Shown: positions 59,201 through 64,000 of the stretch, piece by piece | Layout of the letters: the number at the start of each line of letters is the position of its first letter | Numbering within the stretch: position 1 is the stretch's first letter | Assembly (NCBI GenBank): GCA_965178125.1 | Contig: OZ237763.1 | Span: 248,001 to 312,000 of the forward strand | Direction of reading: 5' to 3' | DNA from: Bilabrum cf. latius | Lineage: Eukaryota | DNA length: 64,000 bases | The notes under the pieces: generated by a model | Told to the model about the DNA's origin: nothing | Seen by the model: the letters and a program-made list of their open reading frames with translations, nothing else | Database searches by the model: none | Position numbers and translations under genes: made by a program

Positions 59201-62200
59201 GTCCTGTTTGCGCGAATTCGAACAGGGAGTTAGCCGGGGACACTGCCAAGGCACGCGTCCGCACCGTCACGGATTTGGGCCCCCTGCGGGATGCAACACC
59301 GCCGGGAGGATTTGGCACCTCGCACCCTGCGGAATTGCCGCCCTCATAGATGAAGCGGGCGCACGGAAACCCGCCCACTGAGATGCCTACGATGTCCTGG
59401 GCGGCGCGACCAAAGCCAATCCCGACCACGGAAAGCATCTCGCCAGGCAGAGCCACTCTGGGACGCACCTCCCGAACCACAGGAAAGGGCAGGGCATCCA
59501 GGAGAGCATTTTGCGCGGAGGATTGCTGCCCTACCGCCACTTGAACATTCCTGGATGGCCACCCGGCGGCTGGAATTACCCCCGAGCACGAGAGGACCTG
59601 GCCTATTGATTTTCCGGAGGACGCATTGCCCCTACGCAAAGACAGGTCTTCGCACTGGATGCCTCCCACCGAGGCGTCGTCAACGAGGCTTGCTTGGGTA
59701 CCAAAGTAGTTGCCAATGATGCGGAACGACTGCGGCACGGGCCCCGGCATGGCATACACAGGGTCAACATCTGTCACTTCGGGGGCAAAGTAGCTCCAGT
59801 GATCGTTCTCAGGGCTGAATATCCCATTGGTCATGTGGACCCTGATGTCAAGCCCAGCGCCAACACCCGGCGGTGCTATGCACTTGAGTTCGCCTTCTCG
59901 CGGCTTTGTGACGTTGACGCACTCAGCGCCACCGATTGTGATGTTTGCCACGTCACTGACTACCCTCCCAAAGTTAACCCCCGTGAGAACAACCTCGGTC
60001 CCACCGGCCGGATCACCCGAGGTAGGCAGGGAGAACTGCACTACTGGCAGTCCCGCGAAACCGAGGAGGTCCTATGAGTCGCATAGGTTTGCAGTGCACA
60101 AGCGCACCGTTGGCACGCGGAACTGCCTGGGATCCACTCCGACGCACACGACCCTCGTATTCGACAGCCACTCAATCGAGGAGCATGGTGCTGATCCAAC
60201 AGCCACATTGCTGACGTCGGCAAGTTTTGCGCCGAACCCAGTGCCGATGAGCGTGACGTTCACCGCTTCCAGATCTGGCAGCACCGTGATGAACGAGGGG
60301 TCGATGGACTGGATACTGGGTCGCTCAAAATCTACAACCGCCTGCCCAAAGTCACCCACCTCGCTGGCAGCCCCCTCGATGAGAACTGTGACCAGGTGAT
60401 TCCCGCCGATGCCCGGTGGAGACACGCAGGTGATGCGGTCGTCTCGCACCCTCGTGACATTGATGCACTCGTATGGCCCAAGAGAAACCTCGATCCTAAG
60501 ACCGTCCACGAAACCGAACCCAGCCCCCACCACGAGGAACTCAGCACCGCCTTGTTGAGGCAGTCCTGTCGGAGGAAATACTACATCCACCACTGGTGCA
60601 GTGTACCGCACCAGAGCCCGCTGGTTCTCGCGCGACCGCTGGCCACCAATATCCACCACGAGTGGAAGGTCTTCGCCGCCACCGGCCGGTGTAGAGATAC
60701 ATTCAACTGCAGTGTCGTTGTGCCGCACAATGGACGATCCTGTGCAGGCAAAGCCCCCTAGCAAGATCGAGGCGCCCGGGGCCGACTGGTCGGTTCCAAA
60801 ACCGCTTCCAAGTACCACCAGTCGCTCGCCACCTCCGGGGTACAAGACAGCCAGCGGCTCCAGCAATGTTGCGTTGCCAGTCGGCACGCTCCCGCGGGGA
60901 TGCACCTGGCTCTGGACGCCGCCACCAGCTGATCCACGTTCAAAGAACACAACGGAGTCTATCACGGGAGGAGCGTACGACACGACAGCCGGCAAAGACG
61001 GTGGTACTTGGGCGGCATCGGCGCCACCGACAATTGAGCCTGGAATAGCTAAGCCGGGCAGCACAGGCAGGCCCGGAATCACCCTGCTCTCCACCTGTGC
61101 ATCCGGCGCGAACAGATTGCGGCTCAGGGTGTCCATCGGCTCGCCTTCAAATGTGCTGTTCCATGACGAGCCCAAAACACCACAGGCTCTCACTTGCACC
61201 GCGAGATCGGCGCCACCACCACTTGGGGGCACGCACAGGGCTGCACGGTCACTGATCCACATTGTGCGAAGGCAGTCGCGGCCATTGATGGAGACCTGCA
61301 GGGCACTGCCACCATTGGAATCGCCAGGGCACGACATGGGTGGCACCCATCCGCCAGTTGTGACATTTTGGCTGGGTCCGTCGGACTGGCACGAGATCGC
61401 AGTACCGTTTGCTGAGGTATTGCAAGGACTTGTCCTTTCCTACCCGGCTTCCATGCTGATCTAACCGCCTGTACCAGCTGCATACGGGCTTGACAAATTC
61501 CAGGGGCCAAAGTTCATGCCTGAGACTAACAGCACGCCTGGTGCACGAATCGCAGCAAGATCAGGCGCTTGTGCGAGTGGCAGAGGTTCACCCTGGTCTT
61601 GAAGAGCAATGCCACCTGTGGACACCAGCCACGGCGAACCGCCTGTCTCTTGCCGTTGAGAATCCAGCCAAGACACGTAGGACACCGTCCCGTTGGCAGA
61701 TTGGTTCGCGGCACTACCGCTTGCCACAACCGCATCATCCCACAAGCCCTCGCACGCCGCAATGATCTCGCCCAGGTCAAGGCTGGCCAATGAATCGAGA
61801 AATGGCGGCGTGCACGATCGTACGGCGTGCACTTCTGGCGCAGCGTAAGCCAGGGCAGGCGGGTTGCTATCGACGATAGAAGAGCTCTAATCCCCAGCGA
61901 GCACGCTGATATGCCGGCCCTCTCCCACACCAGCAGGCGCGGCACAGTAGGCCACAGAATCGTTGAGCCTCACTGACTCTAGGCACTCTACCCCGGCAAT
62001 GCTGATCGTCACGTCGGGCTCGAATCCACCAGCACCAAAACCACGACCGGACACCACCAGTGGCAGTGGTCGCGGTCCATTCGGCGACGACGCATTGGTC
62101 CATCGCCAGCTCTGGGGCGGAGCCGTGACGTCAGCCACCACGGGCCACTCCCGTGACAGCAAGGGGGGCCACGGCAGCGGCTCAGATACCGGTAGAGGGA

Positions 62201-64000
62201 AGGCGCTGTCGCCAGGGGCGGCAAGGCTCTCGCTAGACATGCGCTCCTTCACGTGCGCATCCTAAGCACCTTCAAGGACACCTTCACTCGCTGGCTATCC
62301 GTGAAGCAGGCTCTCAACAGATGTCGCTAAACGCTGGCCACAGACCCGTACTTCTATCTCTGTGCCTGTGCCCAGCCCAGGGGGCACGTTGCACTCGATC
62401 ACAGCGTCAGACATGACTTCAAGATTCGAGCACAGCCTGCCTCCAATGCGCACTTCGACTGGATTTAGCATCCACGACGGCAGTACTGTGCTTGTGGCGG
62501 TGCTGTTTTCGTCCCGCACTGGATCAATGGCAAAGTCAGGGTATGCGAGCAAGCGAGCACCGCTTGCATCCACTGCAGGAAGCGGCAAACTGCCAATGGC
62601 ACCGGCAAACAGGTCTGATGCCCCCTGTGGCGAATACGCAAGCGAAGCGATCGAAGCCGCCGCAAGTGACCCAGCACACGCCGCCTCAGTGGGGCTAAGG
62701 TCAGTTGCTAGACGCCCGCTATCAGCCGATACATCTACTGCCCTCTATATCCTATCGAATGAGGCGGGGCCAAGGGCGAATCCGCGGCCGTATAGCCTGA
62801 GACGATTGCCTGGCGCAGTCGCGAAGAGTGAATCCACCGGTGATGCAGCCGGCGTGCTGCTATTGCCGCCGAACCGCAATTTTCGCACGGCGTGTACTTC
62901 CGGCAGTGCGGTGGAGAAGCCCCCAGGCCCCAGCAGGTCCCGCATGCTCGGTGAATGCAAGTCATTAAGCCAGTCAGCACTTATGACCGAAGAAGTCTGC
63001 TGCAGTAGCGCCGATACGTTCAGACCCAGCCCATTCTGAACGGACAAATTATTCAGCAGCTCCGCAGTGACCACGGGCAACGCACCACTCGTACCCCAAG
63101 TTGCAACATGCAGCAGATGATTGATCCCTTGCTGCTGCTGGAACAAACTTGCGTTACTATTCGCCAGGGATGCGAACTGAAGGATGGGTCTAGGTGCCGT
63201 GAGTGCGGACGCATCCCAGCCGTCAAACATACCTCTGTCCGCAAGGCGGGGAAGTGGCACCATAACGCCAACTGAAGGACTGCCGCGACTCGAGGCAGTT
63301 TCTGGTGAGCTCTGTACCGCGTACTACGAGTCCTGAACCGGGCTACGTGTCCGCTCATTCGTTTCTCGGGCTATTTGATCGTCGAACGAGGATGAACCTC
63401 CCACGGACACGGAAACCACGAGCGCTGATCCGGCGACATTCGGAGCTTCGCATCGAACCGAGGTGTCATTGACCCACACCGTTGCACGGCACTCAACACC
63501 ACCCACGTATGCCACGGGTCCGAGGTTGCTGCCGCCAAAGTCCTGCCCGTGGACTTCGATCCAGTATCTGTCGCTAGGATCGCTTCCGTCAGCGAATCGC
63601 ATGGGTTGGGGTGGGGCAGTCCAGGAAGTCACCTGGGGCGGGTTGACCTGAAGAGCAGCTTCCCTACCAGCCACTACTACCCCGAGAGATGCCATCCCAA
63701 TGCCGAGCATTTCTTCGAAGGAAGCATTGCTCAAGCCACGTCGATCAAGCAGCTCAGACCGAGCCAAAGCTTGGACTCTCGGATGAACCACGTGCCCACC
63801 CGAAGATGCAAGGGCAAACAAGCTGGCGTTGCTGATCAAGCGAAGCGGGTGGGCAGGAGGTGGCGCATCGAGGCGCAGCTGAATGCGCCCGTCGACCACC
63901 AACCCGACAGAAGCGCCAGCGACCGCAGGCACGGTGCACTGGGTGCTGATCGCCGCGATGCCGGTCCTAGCCGCGGATGGGGCCGTGAAGAGGTGGGACA
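53298..64000 (-). CDS. Giant membrane protein (over 3500 aa, 5' end outside window): multiple IPT/TIG domains, FN3, Cys-rich region, multi-TM domain and disordered tail; 18 in-frame TAGs
   Basis: Repeated G.NFG...V.IGG.EC......I.C..PPG.G units, FN3-like LSV[TAG]W..VRARNAGGFGPSS, CPRGADC..GFWR..C..GHGGVLC..C and TM motifs HLQVL..WP and RPY..LNGLEL. All minus-strand ORF pieces are in one frame, separated only by TAG. Stop TGA TGA. Confidence 0.85.

Noticed and set aside
1349-64000. Interpreting the TAG-interrupted genes as pseudogenes or separate small genes
   Set aside because: Interruptions are exclusively TAG, frames and catalytic motifs stay intact over many kb, and essential functions such as the CCA enzyme are affected. 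Decay would also give TAA, TGA and indels.

Overview
GC-rich, gene-dense eukaryotic nuclear DNA with short GT-AG introns. It probably comes from a flagellated heterotrophic protist; a stramenopile/bicosoecid-like origin is an inference only. I reconstruct 17 protein genes: proteasome beta-2, a TBC Rab-GAP, a giant USP deubiquitinase, an RGS-PH protein, a P2-type ATPase, NIP7, SAS-4/CENPJ, an XRCC4-like protein, a CLU-TPR protein, a SAM methyltransferase, CBS, a DEAD-box helicase, a CCA-adding enzyme, a giant IPT/TIG membrane protein running off the window, and three unknown membrane proteins. There is also an intronic selenocysteine tRNA. The main discovery is that the ORF track fragments most genes because TAG appears to be a sense codon here. 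By manual count about 85 in-frame TAGs interrupt 14 of the 17 genes without frameshifts, no in-frame TAA/TGA occurs in those models, and all 17 models end in TGA (13) or TAA (4). In a 126-bp TPR array the TAGs sit where sister repeats have CAG/CAA. The window therefore points to a variant nuclear code with UAG=Gln and UAA/UGA=stop (translation table 15 type), a rare uncoupling of UAG from UAA. All coordinates and counts were made by eye.
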